Below, piece by piece: positions 38,247-46,506 of a stretch of 64,000 nucleotides of DNA. Position 1 is the first letter of the stretch. Every line of letters begins with the position of its first letter. The notes under the pieces are model-generated. The model was not told the origin of the DNA, did no database searches, and saw only the letters and a program-made list of their open reading frames with translations. The position numbers and the translations under genes are program-made. Source of the stretch: an uncultured Gammaproteobacteria bacterium (GTDB taxonomy: Bacteria > Patescibacteriota > Patescibacteriia > Patescibacteriales > BS150m-G62); assembly GCA_964569045.1 (NCBI GenBank), contig CAZMSR010000002.1:43272-107271 (forward strand), read 5' to 3'.

Positions 38247-38765
38247 TTATGTTGTTGCTGCTAGTGTTGAAATAACATACTGCGCAATTCCAAAAGCAGA
38301 CATTATGATCACTAAGCCGATAACTCCGGCTATAATTAGGTTCCTAGCTTCTTCTACTTTATCCTCGTTGCCCTGCGCCGTCATCCACTTAAACCCGCCA
38401 AGCAATATGATAATAACCGCGATTATGCCAAGAAAACCAAGAATCACGTTAATAACGCCGGTGATGATAGTCATAGGTCCTTCTGTACCGAGATTTAATT
38501 GTCCCGCACCTCCACCACCACCACCTGAAACACCACCCCAGAAGCCGCCTGTGGGGGTTACACCGTTAGAATCTCCATTAGATTGATCAACTTCGCAGGT
38601 GCCTGCATCAGCATCATCATCAGTTGCTGCAGTAACTACGCAAATCTCATCAGTATTACAGTCATTATTTACCACACTACACACCGCCTTCACCTCCAAA
38701 GGAACTAAGACTAGTGCGAAAATAAAGGAAAAGCAGAAAAATATATTTAGTATTTTTTTTGTCAT
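38247..38765 (-). CDS. VirB2/TrbC-like mini-pilin paralog 3 of 7 (Cys-, Asp- and Gly-rich ectodomain)
   Basis: SD aggaggtg. Signal ...LVPLEVKAV. Variable region with 5 Cys and GGGGGG. The C-terminal 54 aa are identical to paralog 2. Confidence 0.75.
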   Translation of the reverse strand: MTKKILNIFFCFSFIFALVLVPLEVKAVCSVVNNDCNTDEICVVTAATDDDADAGTCEVDQSNGDSNGVTPTGGFWGGVSGGGGGGAGQLNLGTEGPMTIITGVINVILGFLGIIAVIIILLGGFKWMTAQGNEDKVEEARNLIIAGVIGLVIIMSAFGIAQYVISTLAATT

Positions 38766-38933
38766 AATTCACCTCCTTTCATAATTTTAAGTAATTATGG
38801 GTATTTATTTTTAAATTTGGTTAAAAATAAAGCCCAAAATATTTATTTTTTTATAATTAATAATATTTTAACCTAAATTAGTTACCAGTCTTAATAATAA
38901 AGCAATTCTAAACGCAATGGTAAACTATTATCC

Positions 38934-39356
38934 TTATAATCCTGTTGTTGTTTTCATTTGACCAATCACAAACTGCGCGATTCCAAAGGCGGACATTATG
39001 ATCACTAAACCGATAACTCCGGCTATAATTAGGTTCCTGGCTTCTTCTACTTTATCCTCGTTACCCTGCGCCGTCATCCACTTAAACCCGCCAAGCAATA
39101 TGATAATAACCGCGATTATGCCAAGAAAACCAAGCACAACGTTTATAACGCCAACAATAACCTCTATTGGTGTTTTTGTGCCAAGGCCGACAGCAACTGC
39201 AACGTTCGCTGAAGTTCCTTCCCCTCCCGTCTTCCAAAAAGCAGCATCAGCATCAGTATCAGTATTAGCATTTACCGGCGCAGCAAAAAGAACAAAGACA
39301 AAGACGGCTGCGAGGGCTGTTATTTGTTTTAGGTATTTAGTTATTTTTTGTTTCAT
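38934..39356 (-). CDS. VirB2/TrbC-like mini-pilin paralog 2 of 7
   Basis: SD aagggggtg. Signal ...LFAAPVNAN. Module LGFLGIIAVIIILLGGFKWMTAQGNEDKVEEARNLIIAGVIGLVIIMSAFGIAQ. Confidence 0.75.
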   Translation of the reverse strand: MKQKITKYLKQITALAAVFVFVLFAAPVNANTDTDADAAFWKTGGEGTSANVAVAVGLGTKTPIEVIVGVINVVLGFLGIIAVIIILLGGFKWMTAQGNEDKVEEARNLIIAGVIGLVIIMSAFGIAQFVIGQMKTTTGL

Positions 39357-39407
39357 ATAACACCCCCTTTCGTTTGTTTTTTAATCATTAGCTTGTGTTT
39401 AAAACTT

Positions 39408-39548
39408 TTTATAAAAAAGTTCTTAATATTTCAAAAACATAAGGTATTTTTTAAAATTTTATAGCGAGCAAAGCTCTACGGCCATAAAATTTGTAAAAAA
39501 TGATCTGCTTTTGGTTTAAAACTTTTTATAAAAAAGTTAACTAACTAG
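39408..39548. repeat. 117-bp repeat, 1.2 copies (fourth locus)
   Basis: Differs from the 37869 copy at 2 positions that I can see (tacaaaa->tataaaa, cttcgg->ctacgg). A 24-bp restart at 39525 runs into the stop of paralog 1. Confidence 0.9.
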
Positions 39549-39942
39549 TAATTCCAATCAATTCGCTAGTAACAAAAGTCGCTATTGCAAAGGCGGAAAG
39601 TATTATGGCTAAACCTATTACAGCTTGAGTTAAAAGTGTTTTAGCTTCGGTTACTTGATCCTCGTTACCCTGCGCTGTCATCCATTTAAAACCGGCAAGG
39701 AGAATTAAAATAACAGCAATTATACCAAGAAACCCAAGGATTATCTTAATTACGTTAGCAATAATAACTCTGGGGTCTTTTTTCTCGTCTAAGCCGGTAG
39801 CGCCTGCTAAATTAGCTCTAGTAGCACCACTAACATTATCACCCCAAACATCAACACCGGCACTTACCGGGGTTGCTATAAAAATAAAGGCAAAGGCAAA
39901 TGAGAATAAGCTTAGGAATGTTTTAATTAATTTTTGCTTCAT
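39541..39942 (-). CDS. VirB2/TrbC-like mini-pilin paralog 1 of 7
   Basis: Signal ...IATPVSAGV. Module IKIILGFLGIIAVILILLAGFKWMTAQGNEDQVTEAKTLLTQAVIGLAIILSAFAI. Confidence 0.72.
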   Translation of the reverse strand: MKQKLIKTFLSLFSFAFAFIFIATPVSAGVDVWGDNVSGATRANLAGATGLDEKKDPRVIIANVIKIILGFLGIIAVILILLAGFKWMTAQGNEDQVTEAKTLLTQAVIGLAIILSAFAIATFVTSELIGITS

Positions 39943-40055
39943 AGTTTGGTATATTTAAGTTAAAAATAAATAATAGTTATTAACATATAGTTAATATAAT
40001 AATAGCATAATTATATAATGTGGGAAATATAAAAAAAGCAAAAACTCAGCTATAT

Positions 40056-40111
40056 GGGACTGTCGCCAAACTCGCTTTAATTCATAAATTTGGAAATTTT
40101 AAGATAAATTT
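40056..40111. repeat. Half copy of the E2 palindromic element (one arm, inverted relative to 21254 copy's right arm)
   Basis: gggactgtcgccaaactcgctttaattcataaatttggaaattttaagataaattt matches the reverse complement of 21358-21413 with one mismatch, then diverges. Confidence 0.85.
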
Positions 40112-40182
40112 CTTTGACAAAATTTAATAATAGGCTAAGATAGAATTATAGGGAATAATGTAATAAATTTTAAAAATACTAT

Positions 40183-40398
40183 ATGGAATCAATTACTTTT
40201 GAAATACTAGAGTTAGTAAAAAAGAAAATGCGCGAGCAAGGGGCATATGATAGAAATGCCTTTAAAGAATATGTAGAGGAAACAATTGAATACTTTAAAG
40301 AAAAGGGCAAGTTAACTGATGATGATAATGATAAATTTATTGAAGACAAAATTATGGAAAGCTGGAGTGAAGTCGAAAATGAACTGGCAAATGAATAA
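40183..40398 (+). CDS. Small acidic hypothetical protein (71 aa)
   Basis: ORF only. A possible promoter TTGACA-16-TAAGAT lies at 40114-40141. No SD and no family recognised. Confidence 0.35.
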   Translation: MESITFEILELVKKKMREQGAYDRNAFKEYVEETIEYFKEKGKLTDDDNDKFIEDKIMESWSEVENELANE

Positions 40399-40414
40399 CA
40401 ATATCTCGCAAATA

Positions 40415-40446
40415 CAAAAAAACTCTTACAAAAAGAGTTTTTTTAA
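40415..40446. terminator. Candidate bidirectional terminator between 40183..40398 (+) and rnj (-)
   Basis: Stem aactctt / aagagtt (40421-40427 / 40433-40439), flanked by an A run upstream and a T run downstream. Confidence 0.5.
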
Positions 40447-40466
40447 TGCTTACTAAAAGTAATTTC

Positions 40467-42371
40467 TTAAACCTTAATAACAACCGGCAAGACCATTGGT
40501 CTACGTTTTGTGCGTGAGAATAAAAACTGACCAACATCGTTTCTGATTTTATTTTTTATATGATCATCATCCGCGGGAGTGCGGGCGTCGTTGTCTTCAA
40601 CAATTTTTTTAACACGCATTCTAGTATTTTCTATTAGATCTTTGTTTTCTTTCATATAAACAAAACCACGAGAAATAATATCCGGATTGCCGATTATATT
40701 GCCGGTTCTGTTGTCGATTGTAGCAATAACCACTATCATACCGTCTTCAGACATCATGCGCCTATCACGAAGAACAATATTAGAAATATCCCCTACACCC
40801 AAACCATCAACCATAACATATTCAGAAGGAATGCGGCTTTGCGTTATTTCTCCCACAGCTTTGGTAATACCGGCTACCTTTTTAGGTTCAAATTCAATAA
40901 TCTGACCATTATCTCCTACAAAAATATTTTGCGAATTTATACCGACAGCTTCAGCAAGATCAGCATGCGCCCTTAACATAAAATGATTACCTTCTATTGG
41001 CATAAGATATTCAGGTTTAATCAAACGCATCATTAGTTTTAAATCTTCTTGTTTAGCATGTCCGCCGGCATGAACATCCATCATTCGATAATTAATAGCG
41101 CGAGATCCTTGACGGACTATCATGTCCATTAAAGTCTGAATACTTCTTTCGTTTCCCGGAATAACAGAAGAAGAAAATATAACAGTATCACCTTTTTTTA
41201 AGTAAATACTTCTGTGTTCACCGTTTACCACTCTTCTTAAAAAAGCATTGCTTTCACCTTGTGCGCCTGTTCCAACAACAATAGTCTTTTCGTCCGGAAC
41301 TTGGCGAAGCATGTTGTCTTCTACCAAAATCTTAGGATTAAACTTAAGATAACCTATTTGGTGAGCTATTTCTACGTTATTGTTCATTGAACGACCTTGA
41401 AGACTAACTCTTCTGCCATGTTTTGCCGCTAAATCTAAAATCTTTTGAACACGAGAAATCTGCGAAGCAAAAGTTCCAATAATAATTCTACCGGTTGCTT
41501 TTTCAAACATCTTATCCATTTCATCTCCAATAGCACTTTCCGAAACCTGGTAACCCGGGTGAGTAGCGTCTGTTGAATCAGACATAAGCATTAACACACC
41601 TTTACCGCCAATTTGCGCTATTCTATTTAAATCTGCCGGCTTATCATTAACCGGTGAATAATCAATTTTAAAATCTCCCGTATGGATAACAGTGCCAAGC
41701 GGAGTATTAATTATTACAGCAAAGGAATCCGGAATAGAATGATTAACGCGAAGAAATTCAACATTAAAATTTTTACCAATTTGCTCTTTGCTTGTATCGT
41801 CTATTAGCTTAATTGCTAATTCCGGGCACTTTCTGTGTTCTTCTACTCTTTTGCGCACTAGTCCGGCAGTTAATTTACCGGTGTACATCGGAGGATTTCC
41901 TATCTCACCCATAATATGCGGAATACCGCCAATATGATCCATGTGCCCATGAGTTATAATAACACCTTTTATCCAATCTTCTTTACCTCTTAAGTAGCTA
42001 ATATTTGGAATAATATAGTCAATTCCAAGCATGTCTTCTTCCGGAAATTGTAAGCCCATGTCAATAATAATAATTTCTTTGTTGTATTCTATTATTGTCA
42101 TGTTTCGACCTACTTCTTCTAAGCCACCAACAACCATAACTCTTAATTTTCCGGGAAGTGCAGGATCTAAAGTTTCTTTTATAGTTCCTTTTAAATGAGG
42201 AGTTCTGTTTCTAGCACCATGAGCCTGTCTTGAAGCAACTCTTGGTTTTTTTGTATAAGTTTTTGTTTGAGTTTGCGCAACTCTTTTAGTTGCGTCTTTG
42301 ATATTTTTAGATGAATCATTAACTGTTTCGCTAATATTCATCTTTTTCTTTGATTTATATTTTGTAATCAT
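40467..42371 (-). CDS. rnj: Ribonuclease J (beta-CASP metallo-beta-lactamase RNase)
   Basis: HGHMDHIGG motif, beta-CASP region, C-terminal domain. Basic N-terminal extension. Confidence 0.9.
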   Translation of the reverse strand: MITKYKSKKKMNISETVNDSSKNIKDATKRVAQTQTKTYTKKPRVASRQAHGARNRTPHLKGTIKETLDPALPGKLRVMVVGGLEEVGRNMTIIEYNKEIIIIDMGLQFPEEDMLGIDYIIPNISYLRGKEDWIKGVIITHGHMDHIGGIPHIMGEIGNPPMYTGKLTAGLVRKRVEEHRKCPELAIKLIDDTSKEQIGKNFNVEFLRVNHSIPDSFAVIINTPLGTVIHTGDFKIDYSPVNDKPADLNRIAQIGGKGVLMLMSDSTDATHPGYQVSESAIGDEMDKMFEKATGRIIIGTFASQISRVQKILDLAAKHGRRVSLQGRSMNNNVEIAHQIGYLKFNPKILVEDNMLRQVPDEKTIVVGTGAQGESNAFLRRVVNGEHRSIYLKKGDTVIFSSSVIPGNERSIQTLMDMIVRQGSRAINYRMMDVHAGGHAKQEDLKLMMRLIKPEYLMPIEGNHFMLRAHADLAEAVGINSQNIFVGDNGQIIEFEPKKVAGITKAVGEITQSRIPSEYVMVDGLGVGDISNIVLRDRRMMSEDGMIVVIATIDNRTGNIIGNPDIISRGFVYMKENKDLIENTRMRVKKIVEDNDARTPADDDHIKNKIRNDVGQFLFSRTKRRPMVLPVVIKV

Positions 42372-42404
42372 TTTTTTAATAATTTAAACAGTACTTGCGT
42401 ACTT

Positions 42405-44348
42405 TTAAAAAGTAAATTTGCGTTTGGTTAAAATATACCAATCGCTTAAATTAGAGAATCTATTAGAAGGTTTTAATATTTGCTTAACATCAAAACCTTT
42501 TATTTTTTTATTTTGAACATAAGTATAAGTAGGTGAGTACAGATAGGCTGCCGGTAGGTCTTCAACTATTAGAGTTTGCACTTTTTTATATTTATTAATT
42601 CGTGCTTTTTTGTCTAAAGCTCCACGAGCTTCTTCTAATAACTTATCTACTTCTTCGTTTTTATAGCCTGCAATATTTAAGCCATTTTTCCCAATCTGAG
42701 AAGAATGCCAATAAGCATAAATATCCGGATCAGCTAGTAATTCCTGACCGTAAAAAAGAGCTTCAAAATTGCGTGCTTTAATTAACTCAGATAATACTAA
42801 ATTAGTTGGCAGAGTTTTTATTACTGTTTTTACTCCTATTTTTTCCCAATCTTCTTTTATTAATGTGGCTACTAAAACATTTTCAGGTGTATCAACTGTT
42901 GTTAATGTTATTATTAAGAATTCTTCTTTGTCATCTATTTTTTTACTAAGCCAAGCTCCTTCACCCAAAATAGCTTTTATATTAGATTCCTCTTCTTGCT
43001 CAATATCTTCATTATTAGCTAAATCAACTTTACCGATTTCTGCTTGATTTGAATCTGTGCTTTTAGCTTTATTTAAAACTTCTTCTTTGTTGCTTTCCGG
43101 TTCGGTGTTTTCTTCTTCAAGTGAAAGCAAGTGCTCTTCTTCGCCTATTTCAACGAGCTGCCAACCACTTATTTCAAATAGATCGGCTGCTTTTTTTGCA
43201 TCAAACTGGTATTTTCTTATTTCGTTATTATAGGCAAAATTACTTGATAGTATTGGGCCGTCTGCCTTTTTATATCCTCCTCCTAAAACACTGATTATTT
43301 TTTCTTTGTTTATTGCATGAGCTAGAGCAACTCTGGTGTTTTTTTCTTTAAGGAATGCGTTTTTTTCTTGATTAAAAAATACCGCTGTTAAAAGAGAAAG
43401 ATCTAGGTCATAAAAATGCCATGGCTCTCTGACTAATATATCTTCTTTAGCGCTTGTAGGGAGATAGCTTACTCCATCAATAGAATTAGAGCCAAGCGCG
43501 GCAATAGCTTCTTCGAAATTTGGAAATAGTTTAAAACTAATATCTTTTAGGTATGGCTTTTCTCCATAATAATCTTCATTTTGGGTAAGATTATATAACT
43601 TTATTATGCCTTGCTTGTCTTTTGCTAAAGATTTAAATTTAAACGGACCTGATCCGATTGGTTTTATATTTAACTCAGCCAATCTAAAAGAATTAGCCGG
43701 CACTTGGTACCACAAATCTTGAGGCAGTACTCCAAAATCAAGTAAATCTAAAAAAGCAGAATATTGATAACTTAAACTAAATTTAATAGTGCCATTGTCA
43801 ACTCTTTCAATATCAACTCCGGAAAACGTCGGTCTAAGCGGGGATTCATAGCTAGCATCCTTAATTAAATTAAAGGTAAATATTATATCATCAACTGTTA
43901 ACTTTTCGCCATTATGCCATTTAATATTATTTTTAATTGTTATGGTATAGACTAAACCGTCTTCGCTAACACCATAATCTTCTACTAAATCTTTTATTAA
44001 TTCACCATTTGCATTGCGTTTAAAAAGAGAAGAGAATACAAGTGAACTAATATCACTATCAACATCACTTAAAGATGAGTAAATTGGATTAATTAGATTT
44101 GGTGAACCAACTAATCCCTCTGTATACTCACCTCCAAAATCAGGTTTTTTTTCAATATTATTGGCTAAAAATACAAAAGATAAAAAAAAGAACGATCCTA
44201 TTAAACTTACAATACTTATTCGTAAAGCTATTAATTCTTTTGGTGTAATTACTTTTTTTATGTATTTTAATTGTTTGAAGCTTGGTATTCTTGATTTTGA
44301 AAGTGAATATACAACTTTTTTGTCTAAATCATCTTTATTTTGACTCAT
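42405..44348 (-). CDS. ABC-type solute-binding protein, family 5 (peptide/nickel type), membrane-anchored
   Basis: N-terminal TM anchor, SBP_bac_5-like core, acidic insertion (EEEHLLSLEEENTEPESNKEE). No transporter partner adjacent. Confidence 0.72.
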   Translation of the reverse strand: MSQNKDDLDKKVVYSLSKSRIPSFKQLKYIKKVITPKELIALRISIVSLIGSFFFLSFVFLANNIEKKPDFGGEYTEGLVGSPNLINPIYSSLSDVDSDISSLVFSSLFKRNANGELIKDLVEDYGVSEDGLVYTITIKNNIKWHNGEKLTVDDIIFTFNLIKDASYESPLRPTFSGVDIERVDNGTIKFSLSYQYSAFLDLLDFGVLPQDLWYQVPANSFRLAELNIKPIGSGPFKFKSLAKDKQGIIKLYNLTQNEDYYGEKPYLKDISFKLFPNFEEAIAALGSNSIDGVSYLPTSAKEDILVREPWHFYDLDLSLLTAVFFNQEKNAFLKEKNTRVALAHAINKEKIISVLGGGYKKADGPILSSNFAYNNEIRKYQFDAKKAADLFEISGWQLVEIGEEEHLLSLEEENTEPESNKEEVLNKAKSTDSNQAEIGKVDLANNEDIEQEEESNIKAILGEGAWLSKKIDDKEEFLIITLTTVDTPENVLVATLIKEDWEKIGVKTVIKTLPTNLVLSELIKARNFEALFYGQELLADPDIYAYWHSSQIGKNGLNIAGYKNEEVDKLLEEARGALDKKARINKYKKVQTLIVEDLPAAYLYSPTYTYVQNKKIKGFDVKQILKPSNRFSNLSDWYILTKRKFTF

Positions 44349-44444
44349 TATAAAGACTAAAAAATATTAAATATTACTAAAAAACAATGTTTTTTTATAG
44401 TTTCTAATATGTAAACTAAATTATATTTTGAAGAATATTGCTAA

Positions 44445-44660
44445 TTACTGAACAAATAAACTAACGATCGCAATGCCAAAAAATAAAACAGATAGCACAA
44501 TAGTTGCTTTAAAAAGCATTTTTTCTGCACCTCTTTTTACACTAAAGACATCACCTCCGCCACCAAAAACCCCTCCAAGACCGGCGCCTCTATTTTGAAG
44601 CAAAATTGTTACTACTAATAATATGGCAATAACAACTTGAATAACTTGTAATATTTTCAT
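44445..44660 (-). CDS. secG: Preprotein translocase subunit SecG
   Basis: 71 aa, two TM helices, LLQ..G.GLGG.FGGG motif. Confidence 0.82.
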   Translation of the reverse strand: MKILQVIQVVIAILLVVTILLQNRGAGLGGVFGGGGDVFSVKRGAEKMLFKATIVLSVLFFGIAIVSLFVQ

Positions 44661-45007
44661 TACTCTTTTATTTTCTTTATTAAAGAAGAGAAAATTTCTT
44701 TATTATTTTCTGCTAAATCAGCTAAAACTTTTCTATCTAGTTCTATATTTGCTTTTTTTAATTTTGATATTAGCTTTGAGTAGGTTAAATCATTTTCACG
44801 TGCTCCGGCATTAATTTTGATATTGGCTAATGCACGCATTGTTCGTTTCTTTTTTCTTCTATCAACATAAGCATGTGCTCCGGCTTTAATACTGGCTGTT
44901 TTGGCCAACCTGATTAAATTTTTTCTACCCCATTTAAAGCCCTTAACACGAGCTAATAATTTTCGTCTTTTTTTAGTATGTTGTGTTCCTCTTTTAACTC
45001 TTGGCAT
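44660..45007 (-). CDS. rplT: 50S ribosomal protein L20
   Basis: MPRVKRGTQHTKKRRKLL... canonical sequence. Confidence 0.96.
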   Translation of the reverse strand: MPRVKRGTQHTKKRRKLLARVKGFKWGRKNLIRLAKTASIKAGAHAYVDRRKKKRTMRALANIKINAGARENDLTYSKLISKLKKANIELDRKVLADLAENNKEIFSSLIKKIKE

Positions 45008-45053
45008 ATTAATGAATAAAAAGTTTTTTATTACTCTATCTTTGTACTCTTAT

Positions 45054-45251
45054 CTAATTATAAGGCATTAATGACTTTAATGTTTTGGTTAACTTTTTCC
45101 CTACCTGAATATCGCGCCTCTTGTTTCTTTTTGTTTTTCCGTTTTCTCTTGCATTAAAATGATCTTGCCCTGCTTTTCTTTGCTTTAACTTACCTTTTTT
45201 TGTTACCATTATTCTTTTTGATGTTGCTTTATTGGTTTTTATTTTCGACAT
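45054..45251 (-). CDS. rpmI: 50S ribosomal protein L35
   Basis: MSKIKTNKATSKRI...H sequence, 65 aa, in the infC-rpmI-rplT gene order. Confidence 0.92.
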   Translation of the reverse strand: MSKIKTNKATSKRIMVTKKGKLKQRKAGQDHFNARENGKTKRNKRRDIQVGKKLTKTLKSLMPYN

Positions 45252-45266
45252 AAGTTTAAACTTTAG

Positions 45267-45821
45267 CTACTTTTTATTAGCAAGTACTATTGTAAATCTT
45301 CCACCTTGCCTTGTCAAATCTTGCTCTCTAATTAGACTTAAATTTTCACTATCTTCAAGTTTTTTTAAAAAACCGTTTATTGTTTCAAGAGCTTTTTGAG
45401 GGTGTTGTCTTTCTCTACCTTTTAATGTTAACTCGATTTTCAATTTGCTTCCTTTTTCCAAAAATTTTCTAGCTTGATTTAATCTAAACTCAAAGTCATG
45501 AGTGCTAATTCTTACTGATAATCTAATTGCTTTTGTTTCTACTTTTTTATGCTGCTGCTTTTGTTTGTGCTTTAACTTATCTCTTTCATACTTAAACTGC
45601 CCATAGTCTAAAATTTTAGCAATTGGCGGATTAGCTTTTGGATTTACTTCAACTAAATCAAGCTCAACTGCTTTAGCCGCTTTTAAAGCTTCAAAAGTGC
45701 TTGTGGCACCAACCTGTGTTCCGTTTTCATCAATCAAAAAGACTTCATGAGCTTTTATTTGCTCGTTTAATTTAAAAGTTTTATCTTCTTTTTTTTGCGC
45801 TCTTCGCCAAACTCTTCTCAT
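45267..45821 (-). CDS. infC: Translation initiation factor IF-3
   Basis: INEQIKAHEVFLIDENG..., DLVEV...NPPIAKILDYGQFKYE, C-terminal domain. Confidence 0.92.
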   Translation of the reverse strand: MRRVWRRAQKKEDKTFKLNEQIKAHEVFLIDENGTQVGATSTFEALKAAKAVELDLVEVNPKANPPIAKILDYGQFKYERDKLKHKQKQQHKKVETKAIRLSVRISTHDFEFRLNQARKFLEKGSKLKIELTLKGRERQHPQKALETINGFLKKLEDSENLSLIREQDLTRQGGRFTIVLANKK

Positions 45822-46259
45822 ATGTTATCAGACTACAGCAAAATATAGCATGCGTCAATTAAATTTATTGCATCTACTTTTTGTATTGTACAATTAATAA
45901 CGAAGCTGTCGCCAAATTTGCTTTAATTCTAAATTAAAAAATTTTAGCTAATTCTTGCCACACAGCACACAATCAAAAACATTTTTCAAAAATAGAGTAA
46001 AATAAATTAGCTTTTTACAAGAGATTGAAGTGTAGTATAATACTAGCAAATAATTTTTATTTTGTCAATAAAAATGCTATGTAATGACTACAATTTTGAT
46101 GAAATCATTTAGCTTACCTCTAAATTTTGATTTTGCTCAGCATTAGTATTTCTTTAAAATAAGTCTTCGGTAACAATAGCTTCAAGTAGTGTTGTACCAT
46201 ATCCTACTGACTTCCATCTAGCAGCATGATGCACATCTCATGACATATTCCACCATATT

Positions 46260-46419
46260 GGGACTGTCGCCAAACTCGCCTCACCCATAAATTGTTAATT
46301 TTGGCTAAATTTTTTTCAAATTTTTTTGGCTTACCTTAGGGTAGGCCTCAAAAATTATTCAAAAAATTTATCTTAAAATTTCCAAATTTATGAATTAAAG
46401 TGAGTTTGGCGACAGTCCC
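46260..46419. repeat. 160-bp long-palindrome element, class E2, copy b
   Basis: Same length and termini as 21254-21413. I see only a handful of substitutions (e.g. cgcttc->cgcctc, aaaacgag->aaagtgag). Confidence 0.9.
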
Positions 46420-46446
46420 ATTACCAATAGAAACTTAATGTTTAGC

Positions 46447-46488
46447 GCAAAAAAATGCTGCAGTCCTTAGTGTTAAAAACTGCAGCGC
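46447..46488 (-). terminator. Rho-independent terminator downstream of the RCC1-repeat gene
   Basis: Stem gctgcagt / actgcagc (46457-46464 / 46479-46486), followed on the minus strand by a T7 run. Confidence 0.65.
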
Positions 46489-46506
46489 GTATTTAAATTT
46501 ACATTA

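Noticed and set aside
38280-39152. Diversity-generating retroelement (template/variable repeat pair) explaining the duplicated 180-bp block.
   Set aside because: The differences are few, all silent, and not restricted to adenine positions of one copy. The duplicated part is the conserved anchor, not the variable region. No reverse transcriptase gene is present.
38305-39360. Plus-strand ORFs antisense to pilin paralogs 2 and 3 (38305-38586, 38599-38784, 38998-39360), which even share the sequence MITKPITPAIIRFLASSTLSSLPCAVIHLNPPSNMIITAIMPRKP.
   Set aside because: The shared sequence is simply the antisense of the duplicated pilin cassette. There is no start context, and the minus-strand genes have SDs, signal peptides and a conserved family architecture.
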